From NCBI RefSeq assembly GCF_009914755.1, contig NC_060945.1: a DNA stretch of 64,000 nt. One strand, given 5' to 3'. The DNA comes from the human T2T-CHM13v2.0 reference genome, Homo sapiens. The position numbers were made by a program, and so were the translations under genes. The notes beneath the pieces are model-generated. The model saw only the letters and a list, made by a program, of their open reading frames with translations, was not told the origin of the DNA and searched no databases. This document shows, piece by piece, positions 16,170 to 30,928 of the stretch. Every line of letters starts with the position of its first letter. Position 1 is the first letter of the stretch.

Positions 16170-17010
16170 AAATCATGTACCTGTCAAGGCAGGCATGGTT
16201 GACAGCATTTGAATATCTAATAGTAAAAGCCTATCGTATACCACCTAGCAGGACTAGAGGAATAGATGTCCTTGATCAGATCACAAAACCAATACAGGAG
16301 AAAGACCTAGATGTGGCAGGGGGTTTCAACCTTTCTGGGGCAACTACCACAGGTCTATTCGAGAAGTACCATAGTAATAGAATTAAAAGCTGCTATGCTG
16401 ACATTATAATGTACCCAGAAGGAAAAAAAAAAGCGAGAGGGAGAAAGCAGAAGGGAATTATTACCACAGAGCTGATTCTGGCCAACAAGGAGAAGCTCAT
16501 CATTGGGAAAAGTGATAGGAACCCGGGATTTGTAGCCACAGGAAGCCTTGGACTCGTAGTGAGAGCACAGCATTATGTAGGAAATCAGATTCCAAACACG
16601 TGAGACAAGCGAACACTATGATTCCATGATCTACGACAATAGAAAGGAAGACTCCTCCATAAACCTGAAAGGCTTTCAAAGTCTAACAGGACCGCCATAA
16701 GTAGTTTTGCTGAGAGTGAAAGGGAAAGATATGTAAAGAGATTAATCCATCAATGGCAGGAATTCTCTGATTACCTCAGGATTTAAAGCATGTGTTACAC
16801 AAGTTGTATAAAGATGTGTATGATCCCCATGGAACACCTGACTCTGATTACGTAGGATACAAGAATAGTATAAAGGGCGTTTATAAAAGTTTCAAAAAAA
16901 TGTGTATGACCCCCAAGTGGAACGCCTTTCTAACTCTGATTAAATATGATGTAAGGATATTAAGTGAAGACATCCGAAGAAGTTTAGCATGTGGCTAAAG
17001 AATAAAAAGA
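16170..17010 (+). mobile_element. CR1/L3 LINE ORF2 relic (AP-endonuclease domain and linker)
   Basis: ORF 16166..16603 carries degenerate CR1 endonuclease motifs: YRIPPS (YRPP), DLDVAGGFN (LVxMGDFN), ELILANKEKLI (DLILTNxEELV). The 3' extent is uncertain. Confidence 0.65.
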
Positions 17011-18737
17011 AACTGATTAAGCAGAATAATTTATTAATAGCAACTTACTCATATGTTAATAAATGAAGTGTTAATACAGAGAAAATCCTAATCAGTTATT
17101 GTAACATTTCCACAAGACTAGGACGAAATAGGTGAAAAGAGAAACAGAAAACACTGGCACTGAAAATCAGATGTTGGAAGCCTTTATCTCCTCGTAGAAA
17201 TAAATGAGGTGAAATAACTGACTTTTTTTTTTGACTGCCCAAATTATTGCACGAAAGTTTACTACGTGGGGCTACATTTCAAAAGAATCCTTAACAGTTG
17301 CTCAGCTGCCCTGAGCTTCTGCCTTTGCATTTTTCTGTAGGATCTCACTGTTGTATTACTGGTGAATCAAAGAAAGATGACCTGATGCATGTCATCAGTT
17401 AATTTACCGTGTTTGAGATCTCTTACTTATTCAATCAAATCATGGGCACTAACTAGCGCTGTTTTCCAATTTAAGTGGAAAATTCAGGGAAAGTCAGGAA
17501 GAAAAATCAAACCAGTATTCTCTTTAAATCATGATGTATACACGTGATCTTGAACCATGACTGGAATGACGATGTCCAAGTGTACCATCCAGGGTTTGGA
17601 CAGCACCGTGTTTCCAGGTGGGATGGTGAAAACATGACCCTGGGTATCCCCAGGTTCCTTCTCCAGGCTTCTTTGTTATTACTTGGATGTGGCCCTTAAA
17701 GCTCTGAATAGAAACCATGTTTGTAAAAACAGCTGTTTAGTGTGATCTGCATTCTGGTATGTGTCTAGCCGTGAAAAAGAGTGAATTATATGCCCATCAT
17801 CCATCCCTGCATCTGCCTGAGCAATTTACTGGCATAATAACCAGGAACGGAGACACGTAATAAATAGTTCAACCGGCTAAGGAATTAAATTACTTGGCCT
17901 AAGAGAACTCAGGTCCAAGTTCTTATTACCATAGCTTTGATTTCTGGAATTAAATTTAGATGTCCATGAATTCAATTATTCATTTGGACACTATTTAAAA
18001 CAAGAGCACACGGTTTTGTTTGAATAATGCTGCATCTTCCCAAAGAATGCCAAACACAACAACATTACAACTTTTAACTGCAGTTTTCATGAACAGCTAG
18101 AAACACTGAAAGGAAAAAAATGACTTTTCCACCACTTCTTCAAATGCTGGACAGACTGTTGTCCTGTGGACTTGTTTTGAAAAGCTCATCACAGTTTAAG
18201 GAGTTGCAAGGGAGGAACAGTTTATGGAAATATAAAGCTGAGCATCATAAAACAATTTCCTTACAAACAATCAAATAACAACTCACAATAAAATAAACGC
18301 TTGGCAACATAGTGGAACATTCATACCACATTCGCAGACTTTAGTGGCTATCAATTTATAGTGGGTGGCTTTTACAGCTTTTAAACACCAATAACAAACA
18401 TTTTTACAGAACAAGGGAACCATCTGAAAATGCTGACCATCCCCAGAGTATCTGAATTTAATAAGGTCAAAGGGACATTCCTACGAGGAAATAAATCACT
18501 GATGATAAAATTTTATGTGTCAGCATGCGAGATTTTACTTGGATGAAGGAGAAATGACATCACAAAGGTGACTCTCCTTCTGTTTCTAACTAAAGCTGAC
18601 CTTGATATAATTCCACATGCAGGTGCCGCCTGATAAGTCCCTTTACAGAGTGAAAGATTTTGATTCACACACCAATTTTCATTTCTGTTTATTAAAGTCA
18701 TGCCAAAAAAGTCACCATTTGTATTTTCTAAGAAAGC

Positions 18738-19140
18738 CATATGACATTCTAGAAATGGCAAAATTATAGACAGTAACAGATCAGTGGCTTGGAAAGGTTA
18801 AAGGCAAGAGAGGGTCGAACAGGAGGAACACAGAGGATTTGGGGGATAGTAAAAGTACTCAGTATGACACTACAATGGTGGGTACATGTCATTAGACAGT
18901 TTTCCAAACTCACAGAATAAACAATGCTGAGAGAATGCTAATGTAAACTATGGACTTTGGGTGATAATAATGGTGTCAGTGTAGGTTCACTGATTGTAAC
19001 AAATCGCTCTAAGGGGGACGCTGATAATGGGAGAGGCTGTGCAAGTGTATGAACAGGGAGTATATGGGAGAATCTCAGTACCTTCTGCCTAATTTTGCTG
19101 TGAACCTAAAACTGCTCTAAAACAATAAAGTCTATATTTA
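18738..19140 (+). mobile_element. L1MC-type 3' UTR fragment
   Basis: atgacattctagaaatggcaaaattatagacag...aatgtaaactatggactttgggtgataat...gctgtgaacctaaaactgctct. Confidence 0.85.
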
Positions 19141-20021
19141 TTCTTTCACAGTCTCTGTTAAGACGGACTTTTTTCTTCTTGCTACAGATAAACAGGGAGG
19201 AAATGACAGAGAGAAAGCTCTGATTCTCATGGTTATGTGAATATGGACTATCATGAGATCCAACCTACTTGCACTGATGAGGGAAGAGGGAAGACAACCA
19301 ATGTCAGTTCCTGAAATGCAACCAACCAGGGGAAAGCTCAGCAGGAAGAGGTTCAGACTCTTCCTCTGTGGATATGAAAATGGGAAAAAAGAGTCTAGAG
19401 GCTCCCAGAGTCAGAAGAGAGAGAAAATACAGTAGTTTTTTTCAAGAAGATAAACAGACGGTTCTCCTTCTCTCTGTCTCAACTCTCCAAACTGCCAGAG
19501 TCTAAACTGGAAGGTACAATGGCTGGATAAGTCAGTTTGTCCGAAAGGAAAGCAGTTTTTGAAATTACTGCTACTAAATTAGGAAAATGTTTCCGGGGAG
19601 GGAGGGCAAAGTAAGAAATAGCCAGTACTTCTCCCGCATAAAGGCACTGTTAGAAGCGAAACACAAGGGGACACATCACCTAATTCTATTTGAATTAAAT
19701 ATGAAAACAAGCAAACTGCAGGCAAATAGAACTCAGGGGAAAGGCCAGTAACTGGCAGGGGCCAGGAGAGAGGATTCTAGGGGCCAGCAAGTCTCTGTGT
19801 TCTGGTCCGGATGCTGGCTATCTAGTTGTGTGGTCTTAAAAAACTTTGCTTACTTGCATTACCTCTTATGTGTACTTCTCTCTAAATAAATCAGTAAAAA
19901 GGTTGAAAAGGGTTTCTTGTTACTTGCAGCTAAAGGCATAAGCCCACCTGGGGCCCTAGGTTTAAGGCCTCCAGCTTTAGGAAGATAACCACATGACTGG
20001 ACTACCAAAAATTCATGACTC

Positions 20022-20318
20022 AGGCCTGAGGAGGTGGCTCATGCCTGTAATCCCAGCACGTTGCGGGGCCGAGGCAGGCAGATCACTTGGGGCCAGGAGT
20101 TCGAGACCAGCCTGGCCAACATAGTGAAATTCCGTCTCTACTAAAAATACAAAAAATTAGCTGGACGTGGGGGTGCACGCCTGTAATCCCAGCTACTTGG
20201 GAGGCTGAGGCATGAGAATCACTTGAACTCAGGAGGCAGAAGCTGCATTGCACTCCAGCCTGGGTGACAGAGTGAGACTCTGTCTCAAAAAAAAAAAAAA
20301 AAGGAATAAATAAATAAA
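20022..20318 (+). mobile_element. AluS with a short deletion in the right arm
   Basis: Dimer; gctgcattgcactcc junction lacks the gtgagccgagat segment; TSD tcatgac(t/a)cag. Confidence 0.92.
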
Positions 20319-20764
20319 GTCATGACACAGCTGATTAAGAATGAGCTATAAATCACAATCTTGATCTGAAATTAGGCTATATCATCATTCTTACACATTT
20401 AATGAATACTTATTCTGAGTGAGACAATTCACACTAACTGCTGTATGAGTAACAGACATACTGCAGATTAAACGCTTCAGAAATTCAACAGAGAAGTGAT
20501 TGTTGCGAGCCAGAGGCATCTGAGTTGGCCGGAAGTGATAGGTGGCTGTGGGGATGAGGCAGGAATATCCACATAATGCACAAGTGGAATAAGAAGTAAA
20601 TAAAATATAATGAAATTTTACACAGGCACTGAGTTTTAACAGTGAGGAAGGGTAAACTGCAGAGACACGGGGATTCAGGTATTTTTTTTCTTTAGCCAAT
20701 GGATAAATATTTGAGTTGAAAGGCATATGTACAAATTGATGATAATGAGCAAAAAAGTGGCAAT

Positions 20765-21420
20765 GCATTCATTCATTCATCCATTGAATCATTCCATTAA
20801 GTACCTCTCTAAGCCAACCCCTAGTAATTCAATCAACAATATTCGCTGTGCTTTACCAAGTGCCAGTACTATTCCAGGTAGTGAAGATAAAGCACTCAAT
20901 TTCTTGGAATCTATCTATTAGTTGGGGAGGTGTAATATGAGCAAGAAAAAAAATTATGGAAAAGTACTATAGGGAAAGGAGATGGGGCTAATTGCTAATG
21001 AATGACTATGATAGATGTGTGCCAGGGATGGGTAGCATTTCAAACAGGGTGGTCAGGGAAGGGCCCCACGGAAGAGCCATGTGAACTAAAAATGCTGAAG
21101 TCGGGCACGGCAAAACCAAGAGAGTGCATGGATGGCTGAGGCAGGGGTAAGAGCAAGTGCAAAGGCCCAGGTGTGAGGAAGAGATTAGCACGTTCAGCAA
21201 AAACAACAAAGGGCCAGTGAGCTTAGGGAGTAGCAGATGAGGGAGGAAGTATAAGATCTGGTGGTGGAGACAGACAGGCATAGTGTTACCCAGTACGGTT
21301 ACATTTCTTACAGCAACTGGAACGACTCAATGAGATTTAAGTTGCAATGATGTCTCTGGCTGCTGGGCACAGAATGGTCTCCAGGGAAAACATGAATGGA
21401 TGCTGGGAAGCTGGACACTG
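20765..21420. mobile_element. L2 fragment(s)
   Basis: cattcattcattcatcc tail; cagggtggtcagggaaggg; gagcaagtgcaaaggccc. Confidence 0.7.
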
Positions 21421-21811
21421 GGCCAGGAGCTAGGGGTACACTGGAAAGCAAAGGTGGCTCACAAGGCAAGTAGCCAAAGGCCAGACACTGACCTCAGCAC
21501 CTGTATAAATGCAAAATTACTGCCCTGATAACAATTACATACAGCCAGAAGACCCAAAAGAGTGAGTGCTAGTGTGTCTAGTGAGGCAGAGATTCCAGGT
21601 GTCTAGTGAGGCATGACTGAAATGTGACCCAAAGAAGGTCCGAAGTGAATGAAGTCCAGGGGCCAAAGATAGCTCTCCACTAGGCAGGGTGGGTAGAGCA
21701 TGTGCAAAGGCCCGGTGACAGGAGGGAGGGAAACCTGAGCACCTGAAAGGGAATTGGCTGACAAGAACAGAAAGTGGGCTCCAAGAATGGCAAGTCAGCA
21801 GTGGCACAGAG

Positions 21812-21990
21812 CAGGTCTTGGCAAACTGCAACCCGCAACTTGTTCTTGTACATCCTGTGAGCTAAGGGTGGGCTTTGCATTTTTTAAAGGATTATAAAAA
21901 GAAAAGAAAGGGGGTAAAAATGACAGCAATATGTGACAGAGATTGTATGCGACCTGTAAGGCCTAAATACGGATTGTAAAAATGACCATT
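21812..21990. mobile_element. MER58B-like fragment
   Basis: caggtcttggcaaactgc...atgtgacagagattgtatgcgacctgtaaggcctaaa. Confidence 0.6.
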
Positions 21991-23522
21991 TAAAGTCAAA
22001 CCAACTTCTCTCAACACATGCTCCTGTAAACCCTGCCCCACTTACGTTAGTGAATTAGTGAATTTCTAAAAAAAAATTACTGAAACAAGCAAAGAGATCC
22101 GAGAAGCACTAAAGCCCAGCTTTTGTGTAAACCAGCAGTTCCTGGGCAGAACCTTTAAAAGACAATCTCTCTTTACTCTGCTATCTCAGTACACACTTAG
22201 GGTAACATGAATATCCTAGCAATAGAGCAACAATCTAAACAATACCCCTGGGACATGATATAAGACAAATCCAAGGAGTGGACAGTTTATAGGAAAACTG
22301 GTACAGCTTCTTCAGCAAGTCAGTGTCAGGATATAAAAAGTGCTATTCTGAATCCTAAGAATTAAGGATGTAAGATGCTGGCCCTGGTGCCGGATAGGAT
22401 GTGAAATGCATAACCTGTGAAGGACCTTTCTGGAACTCAGGGAGAATCTGAATATGGACATGGTATCCAATGGTACTAAAAATTTATGTTAATTTTGTGG
22501 GTGAGATGGTATCATCTGGACTCTGTAGAAAAATGTTCTTAGATTTTAGAGACATATACTGACATCTTAAATATGCTTCCTATCTGAACTTTTCTTTAAA
22601 ATATCTTGGCATCATAAAAAGTATGTTTAAAGGGGGAAAATGATATTCTGGCAAGACTTAAATTTGGAATATAATTACAGTAAAAGGCTAAATTGCTTTT
22701 TTAAAGGCTATCTTGGAGGCAAGAAAAGTCATATATTATCAAAAGCAGATTATTGTTCTGACAGCTTTATGAACCAACTAGAATTAAGGAGAAGCACCTA
22801 AGGTCATAAAAAGTTTTGGAGTCATTTTAAATTCTTGATATGTGAAAAAGTTTGGTTAATCAGATGCTAGGCCAGAAAACTGTGAACGAGCAAATTCCTC
22901 ATGTCCAAAGGTTTAGCTGCTACTAAGGATGGGTGATCCATATATATTTTGGGTGGAGAGTTGGAAGTATATGACCTTTGGCTGTCTAACAAATATTTGA
23001 GTTCCAGGGTCTGCTCTGGAGTCTAGGGATGCTGCAGAGAATAAAGCAGACAAAATTCCCTGCCTTCCTGGTATTTACATTCTACAGGGAAGGAAAGATA
23101 TAAGAAAACTAAAACAACGATGTTACACTAGCACATTACAAGGTGACAAGTGTTACAGAGAAAATGAAAGCAGCAAAGCTAGGGGTGGGCTGGGGCTGGT
23201 AGTTGGCCGGGCTGTTGCAGTTTCTACAGAAGATGGTAAAAGAAGATGCCCTGAAAAGGTGTCAATGCAGCAAGAACTATGTGCCTGGCATCTCCTTCCA
23301 CTGTGTCCATACACATGAGAACTACTACACAGCTATAGGTGGTCTGTGTCCAAAATGGCTACAAAGCAACCTAGGAAAGTCACAAAGTAAGAGAAAAGCC
23401 TGGTCCTTTTCTTTTGGGGGCACTTTGTGAAGACCTATTCCTTAGAAAGAAGAGAGAAGCTGCATGCTTCTGGGCTTCTCCCCCTCTTTTTTGGGAAAAA
23501 ATAATTGGTTCTGTTAAGGAAG

Positions 23523-23899
23523 TGTATCAGTCTGTTTTCATGCTGCTGATAAAGACATACCCAAGATTGGGGAGAAAAAGAGGTTTAATGGGACTTACAG
23601 TTCCACATGGCTGGGGAGGCCTCAGAATCATGGCGGGAGGTGAAAGGCATTTCTTACATGGTGGCGGCAAGAGAAAAATGAGGAAAAGGCAAGAGAAAAA
23701 TGAGGAAGAAGCAAAAGCAGAAACCCCTGATAAACCCATGAGATCTTGTGAGACTTATTCATTATCGCAAGAATAGTACAGAGAAGATCAGCCCCCATGA
23801 ATCAATTACCTCCCCCTGGGTCCCTCCCACAACATGTGGGAATTCTGGGAGATATAATTGAAGTTGATATTTGAATGGAGACACAGCCAGTCCATATCA
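23523..23899 (-). mobile_element. THE1 (THE1C-like) MaLR solo LTR
   Basis: TG..CA termini, 5-bp TSD GGAAG on both sides, THE1 internal motifs; internal 22-bp tandem duplication ggcaagagaaaaatgaggaa. Confidence 0.9.
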
Positions 23900-24529
23900 G
23901 GAAGCAAAAACAACAAACTCTGCTCCTCCTTCCAGCACGCTCCCCAAAATGCAGCAATACCTTGTCCTGCCCCAGATTCGTAAGTGGAGCCCCATTCCTA
24001 GGAGAAAACAGATACATCTGCACCACTGATCCTCAGTGGCAGAATATGCCAGGTATCTGTCCAGGAGAAGAAGCCATGTGGCTCAGGCTACAGGGTTTAT
24101 AGCCCAAGGCCTCCCTTGCCTCTGTGCTCTGAGGGCTTGAAGTAAGTAGAAAAGTACTTTAAATTGTATCATAAAGGTAAAGATGATGTAGCTTCTTGGG
24201 TTAGCCACAACATTTAGGAAAAGCATGTTCTGGAGAGGTAAGACTTTTAGTTGATTTTCCATTAGTGAGCTAACATTTTTCCTCTTCCAACAAGCCCACT
24301 TTCTTGCATTGGTAAGTATTAAGTATCTTTTTTTAAAGTATCTGTGGTTGGTTGGCATCTGAGAAATCTGTAGGGTCAAATATCAAATAGACACCCCTAG
24401 CACAATGCCACAAATGCACAAGGGATGAGGCTATGAAATTTGTGAATTCTTTTCCTTTCTCAAGGAACGACTACACTTACATATACTCCAGTTAATTGTA
24501 TGTTCTAGTTATGTAGATCCTAGAGAGAA

Positions 24530-24780
24530 GGTCTAGTGTGGTGATTAATGGTGACTTTCCAGAGCTCAGCCACGTGGGTTTCATTCTCAGTGCTGCCACC
24601 TGCCAGCTCCAATGTGACTATGAACATGTCACTTAGGCTGCTGTGACTTGGTTTCCTCATCTTTAACATGGGATGGAAATATTAACCACCTCAGGGGATG
24701 GTGTGAACAGCCAATGATGTAAATAACACACTTGGAACAGCACATGATAAGAGTTAAATACTGTGCCTATTTACTGTTTT
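24530..24780 (+). mobile_element. MIR
   Basis: gtgggtttcattctcagtgctgccac..tgtgac..ggtttcctcatctttaacatggg core. Confidence 0.75.
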
Positions 24781-25236
24781 TAACTACAGCTTAAATGTAT
24801 ACTTATGACATTTCTTTTCTTTTTATTGCTATTAGGTTTTGAAAATGGTATAAAAATATCATTTGTTTTTCACAGGTAATGTTTTTCTTGGGGCTTATTA
24901 TTTTAGAAAAAAAAAAAATATATATATATATATAAAGAGCTATCCTTTACTGGGCGCTATGCCTAGTAAGTTCCCAACTGCTGACTATAGGCTCAGAGCC
25001 CTGCAGAGATGGGATGTAAACAAGCATAAAACAGTGTTTTCAGTGAAGTGCATATTAACAATAATGGGCTGAACAAAGAATGTTCATTGGTGGAGTTTGG
25101 GAGGGACAGACTGAAGAATAATCTGTTGAAGAGGTAACAGGTAAACTGGGACATGATGAATGAATAGAAATCTACAAAGAAGGTAGCAAACAGGACACTG
25201 TAGAAACAGGGAATGGCACCCGTAGCAGATGAAGAG

Positions 25237-25611
25237 TGATATGGTTTGGCTGTGTCCTCACTCAAATCTCATCTTGAATTGTAATCCTCATAATCCCCAT
25301 GTGTCTAGAGAAAGACCTGGTGGGACGGAATTGGATCATGGGAGTGGTTTCCCCATGCTGTTCTCGTGACAGTGAGGGAGTTCTCAGGAGATCTGACAGT
25401 TTTATAAGGGGCTGTTCCCACTCTGCTCCTCGCTCTTCTCTTTCCTGCCGCCTTATGAAGAAGGATGTGTTTGCTTCCCCTTCTGCCATGATTGTAAGTT
25501 TCCTGAGGCCTCCTCAGCCATGCAGAACTGTGAGTCAATTAAACCTCTTTCCTTTATAAACTACCCAGTCTTGGTTATATCTTTATAGCAGTGTGAAAAT
25601 GGACTCATACA
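25237..25611 (+). mobile_element. THE1D-like MaLR solo LTR
   Basis: tgatatggtttggctgtgtcc...ggactcataca; TSD AAGAG on both sides. Confidence 0.92.
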
Positions 25612-26300
25612 AAGAGTGCTACAGGAATTGCCAATTCTCAGTATGGTGGAGGAGGGGGTGGACTGCAGGAAGGGAGCTGACTAGCTGTAGCTCTGCTCTT
25701 TTATGAAGGGCTTTGTTTCACAGGCTGAGGAGTCTGGACCATCATCTAGATGCAGAGCCTAGTAGAAAAGCCTGAAGCAGAAGAGTGGCAAGGTTAGTTG
25801 TATTGCAACAAACATGAGCTAGCAGAAGCATGGAGGACAGATAGGTGGAGGAGCGACAGTTGGGATGTGAAGGCGGTGCTCGTGAAGCCTACTGAGAACT
25901 TGGATAAAATAACAGCACAGAACTGGTGACTGGGGATGAAGGGAGTGAGTAAGAGGAGGAATCTGATGCTTTGAGTTGGAGAATAGTTACTAATGGTAAC
26001 AGAGGATACAGGAGGAATTAAGAAATGGAGCTAATGGGTTCAGCTTTGATCATGGTAGACTTGAGATTCTGTAAGACCCCGCTGGAGAGGCATACAGCAG
26101 ACAGCTGAAAACAAAGAACAAAAAAATCTGAGCCACTAATACACAGGCACTGCTTTTCTATTTCCATTAAATAAACAGTGCTGCACTTTGTTGTTTTTTA
26201 AACTAAAGAGCTGCCATTCCTGAAAGACCACAGATAATAGACCAGATGCCCACTCACTTTCTGCATGGATAATATGTCCCACTGTGATACCATTATTTAA

Positions 26301-26866
<566 letters not shown>

Positions 26867-27114
26867 GTGTATGAAAAGCCATTCACTCATCAAATGCTAG
26901 TGGCTGCTAAGTGTCTGGCATTCTGCTGGATCCGAGGCTCCAAAAGGGAAAAAGATAAGCTCCCTGTACTCAGAGAGATTACATTCTATGGGGGGAGAGA
27001 ACGACAACGAACCAATAAAATACTAAAATGTGATTCATTTCAGAATGGAAGTAAATAGGCTGCTAGGATTGAGAATAATGAAGAAGGGGTGTTTTCTTCA
27101 GAAAAGAATGATCA

Positions 27115-27385
<271 letters not shown>

Positions 27386-27809
27386 CAGAATGATCAAGGG
27401 AATTCATTCTGGAAAGATGGCAACAAAACTGAGGCTGAAGGTGGGACCTTGGAACATCCATTATAGACAATGAGATCTGTCAGCCCGGGGGTTAGCAAGC
27501 TGGGGATATTGACTTGTGTGACACTGAGCAGGGGAGAGTCGGGGGAAAGAGAGGCATGGGGTGATACTGCGGAGGTAGGGAGGAGCTGGGTCAAATACAC
27601 TAATACCTGTAAGGAATGTAGGAGGTCAAACCTGACACCAACTACGTGTTTGTTAGTTGTTACCCGTTATCAATTATCCTCAGCATATCCAAATAAGGCT
27701 TCATTGTTTTCTCTCTGTGCACTTGGTTTTTAAGCGTATTGGTAAGCCACGAACACAACTTAAATTTGGGGGTTCCAGGATCTGCTTTATGTAAATAAAC
27801 ACTCTACAT

Positions 27810-28260
27810 CCTGGCTGCTGTACAGAGAATGGCTTGGTGTGGGAGAAGAAAGCAGCGCATGTGTCAGGGAGAGAGAACGAGAGCAGAGATTAGCAGGATA
27901 CGGAAATAACTCCAGCAAGAAACAATGGGAGTTTAGATTAGTGCTGGAAAAGATGGAGATAAGTGGATAAATCCAGAATTCATAGGATGTGCAGAAGAGA
28001 CGATGATGAGTTCTAGGTTCTCAGCAATAATCCCTAGGAGAGGGCATAGGACCATTACTGAGATAGAATAGCTTTGAGAGAACCACATTGAGGACTGGGT
28101 AGCAGGGGAATTAAGAACTCTCATTTGGACATGTTAGGATTCATATGCCTATGAAATAACTAGGTAGAGTCTGGCCTAGAGAAATAAACCTTGGCCTAGT
28201 CTACTTACAAATGGTATTTAAAGTCAAGGGCATGGATTACAGCAATCAGGAAGAGCGAGC
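27810..28260. mobile_element. L2 fragment
   Basis: ctggctgctgtacagagaatgg, tttggacatgttagg, aaatggtatttaaagtca. Confidence 0.65.
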
Positions 28261-28861
28261 CAGAAAGAAAAATAGTATAATAATTGTAAAGAGATAGCCA
28301 GTGTCAGGAATTTAATGGATGAAATGTCAAAACAAAACAAAATCAGCCAAGACAGGATAATTAAAACCACAAAGGCTAGGGTGGGGGTGGGGGGTAGAAC
28401 TGGGGGGTGGGAACTCCTAAAGCCTGCATAAACAATGTGTAGGAAAGACAGGCTGGAAATGACAGTGACACACAGGTTACTAGACAAAGGGCTTCTGAGA
28501 AATGGCAAAGGTAACCAATTCTAAGAACTTACTAATCTTAAGGTGATTTATAGATAAAAGTCCCATCCTATAAATGTCTGGATTCTTGAGCCCAGAGATA
28601 TTCTGGGTCTGTCTGTACTGGTATTCTGCTGGGCAGGTAAAGGGGTTATGAAGAGAAGTACTATCTTACTTGCCTGTCAACTAATACTGATGACAGAGCA
28701 AAAGCGTCATGCACTTTACAGTCGTGGTCATAGCCAAAGATTGCAGATGTCCTAGACACAGTATTTGAGACAGAGAATGGAACATACATAGCCAAGTTAC
28801 TAATATACATGTTGGGTAAGAAGATTCCCAAATGGAAGGAAGGTAAAAAAGCTCTGTTCTA

Positions 28862-29615
28862 GTACAACCATTTGAGGATAGTATGGAGATTCCTCAAAAA
28901 ACTAAAAATAGAGCTACCATACGATCCAGCAATCCCACTACTGGGCATTTATCTAAAGGAAGAGAAATCAGTATATTAAAAGAGGTATCTGCACTCCCAT
29001 ATTTACTGCAGCACTACTCACAATAGCCAAGATATGGAATAACCTAGATGTCCAAAGAGACTAATGGATGAAGAAAATGTGATGTGTGTGTGTGTGTGTA
29101 TGTGTGTGTGTCCGTGCGTGCATGCACGTATAATGAAATACTATTAAGCCATACAAAAGAATAAAATCCTGTCATTTGAAGCAACATGGATGGAACTGGA
29201 GGACATATGTTAAGTGAAATAAGCCAAAAACAGAAAGTTAAACACCACATGCTCTCATATGCAGAAGCTAGAAAATGTTGATTTCATAGACGTAAAGAGT
29301 AGAACAGAGGATGATGGAGGCTGGGAAGGGTAGGTAGAAACTGAGGATAGAGAAAGATTTGTTAAAGGATACCAAATTACAGCTAGATAAGAGGAATAAG
29401 TTCTAGTGCTCTACAGCACTGTAGGATGACTACAGTTAACAGTAATATATGACATAATCTCAAACAGCTAGAAGCAGGATATTGAATTTTCCCAACACAA
29501 AGAAATGATACATGCCTGAGATGAATATGCTGATCAGTCTGATCTGATCACTGTGTACCCTGTAAATGTGTACAATTATTACATGTCAATTTTTAAAAAT
29601 AAAAATTTTTAAAAA
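28862..29615 (+). mobile_element. L1MA-type 3' end (ORF2 tail and 3' UTR) with internal (TG)n
   Basis: aaaatagagctaccatacgatccagcaatcccactactggg...gcaacatggatggaactggaggac...A-rich end. Confidence 0.9.
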
Positions 29616-30451
29616 GGTACCTTTTAATGAACGGTCTATGCTTAAAATGTTGCTAGGTGTGTTTCAACACCAATGAGTTATATCTGAGGTTGGACCATAA
29701 CTAGACGAGGCACTTAGAGATGCGGTAACTGTGGTCTCAGCATCCTGTTCCACTGCACTTAGTTCCACCATCATTGTATTACAGTAAATGCAATATTGCT
29801 ATCCTGTGACTACCTTGTAAACATATTTTCATAAAACCAAAGTGCTTCATTACCACTTCTGATATGTGTATGAGTCCTTGGCTCCAATTTTCCAATAATA
29901 GTAGCTATACAATTATGTTGAAAACCATTTGAGGCTAACCATTAACATTCAAATGACGTACAATGGGAAACGAATGAATAGTATATTCTAGGAGATAAAA
30001 GATCAAACCTTTGATATATCTTCTCTTACTTATTAGTAGTTAGAGTTTAAGATACAATATTTCTTCTAAAACCATTTCAAAAATATAATTTAAATATAAA
30101 ATTGAAGATCCTAAAAAAGTATAGAAGTTTTAAAGTAGAATGACTTTGCTATTTGAATACCTATTTAAATTTCTATTTAAAATGTCCAAAACAGCCCAAA
30201 TCAATTCTACCTTCATTTTTATAGCAGTTTTCTAATCATGAGACATCATACTTTCTAGTCCTTTTTGCTTCCCTAAAATAAAAAAACTCCTACATATTTA
30301 AATTCATAAATAAGAATTATCATTACTTGATTACTACCAAAACTAATTTTAATAATGTTCTCAACCTTATCTAGGATAGAAGTGCTTAAGGAGCCATTAC
30401 GTATTATTATTGATTATGATTACAAGACCTACAATAATTTTAAAATAACTA

Positions 30452-30928
<477 letters not shown>

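Noticed and set aside
23203-25559. ORFs overlapping the THE1 LTRs
   Set aside because: LTR-derived chance frames; no gag or pol internal sequence is present.
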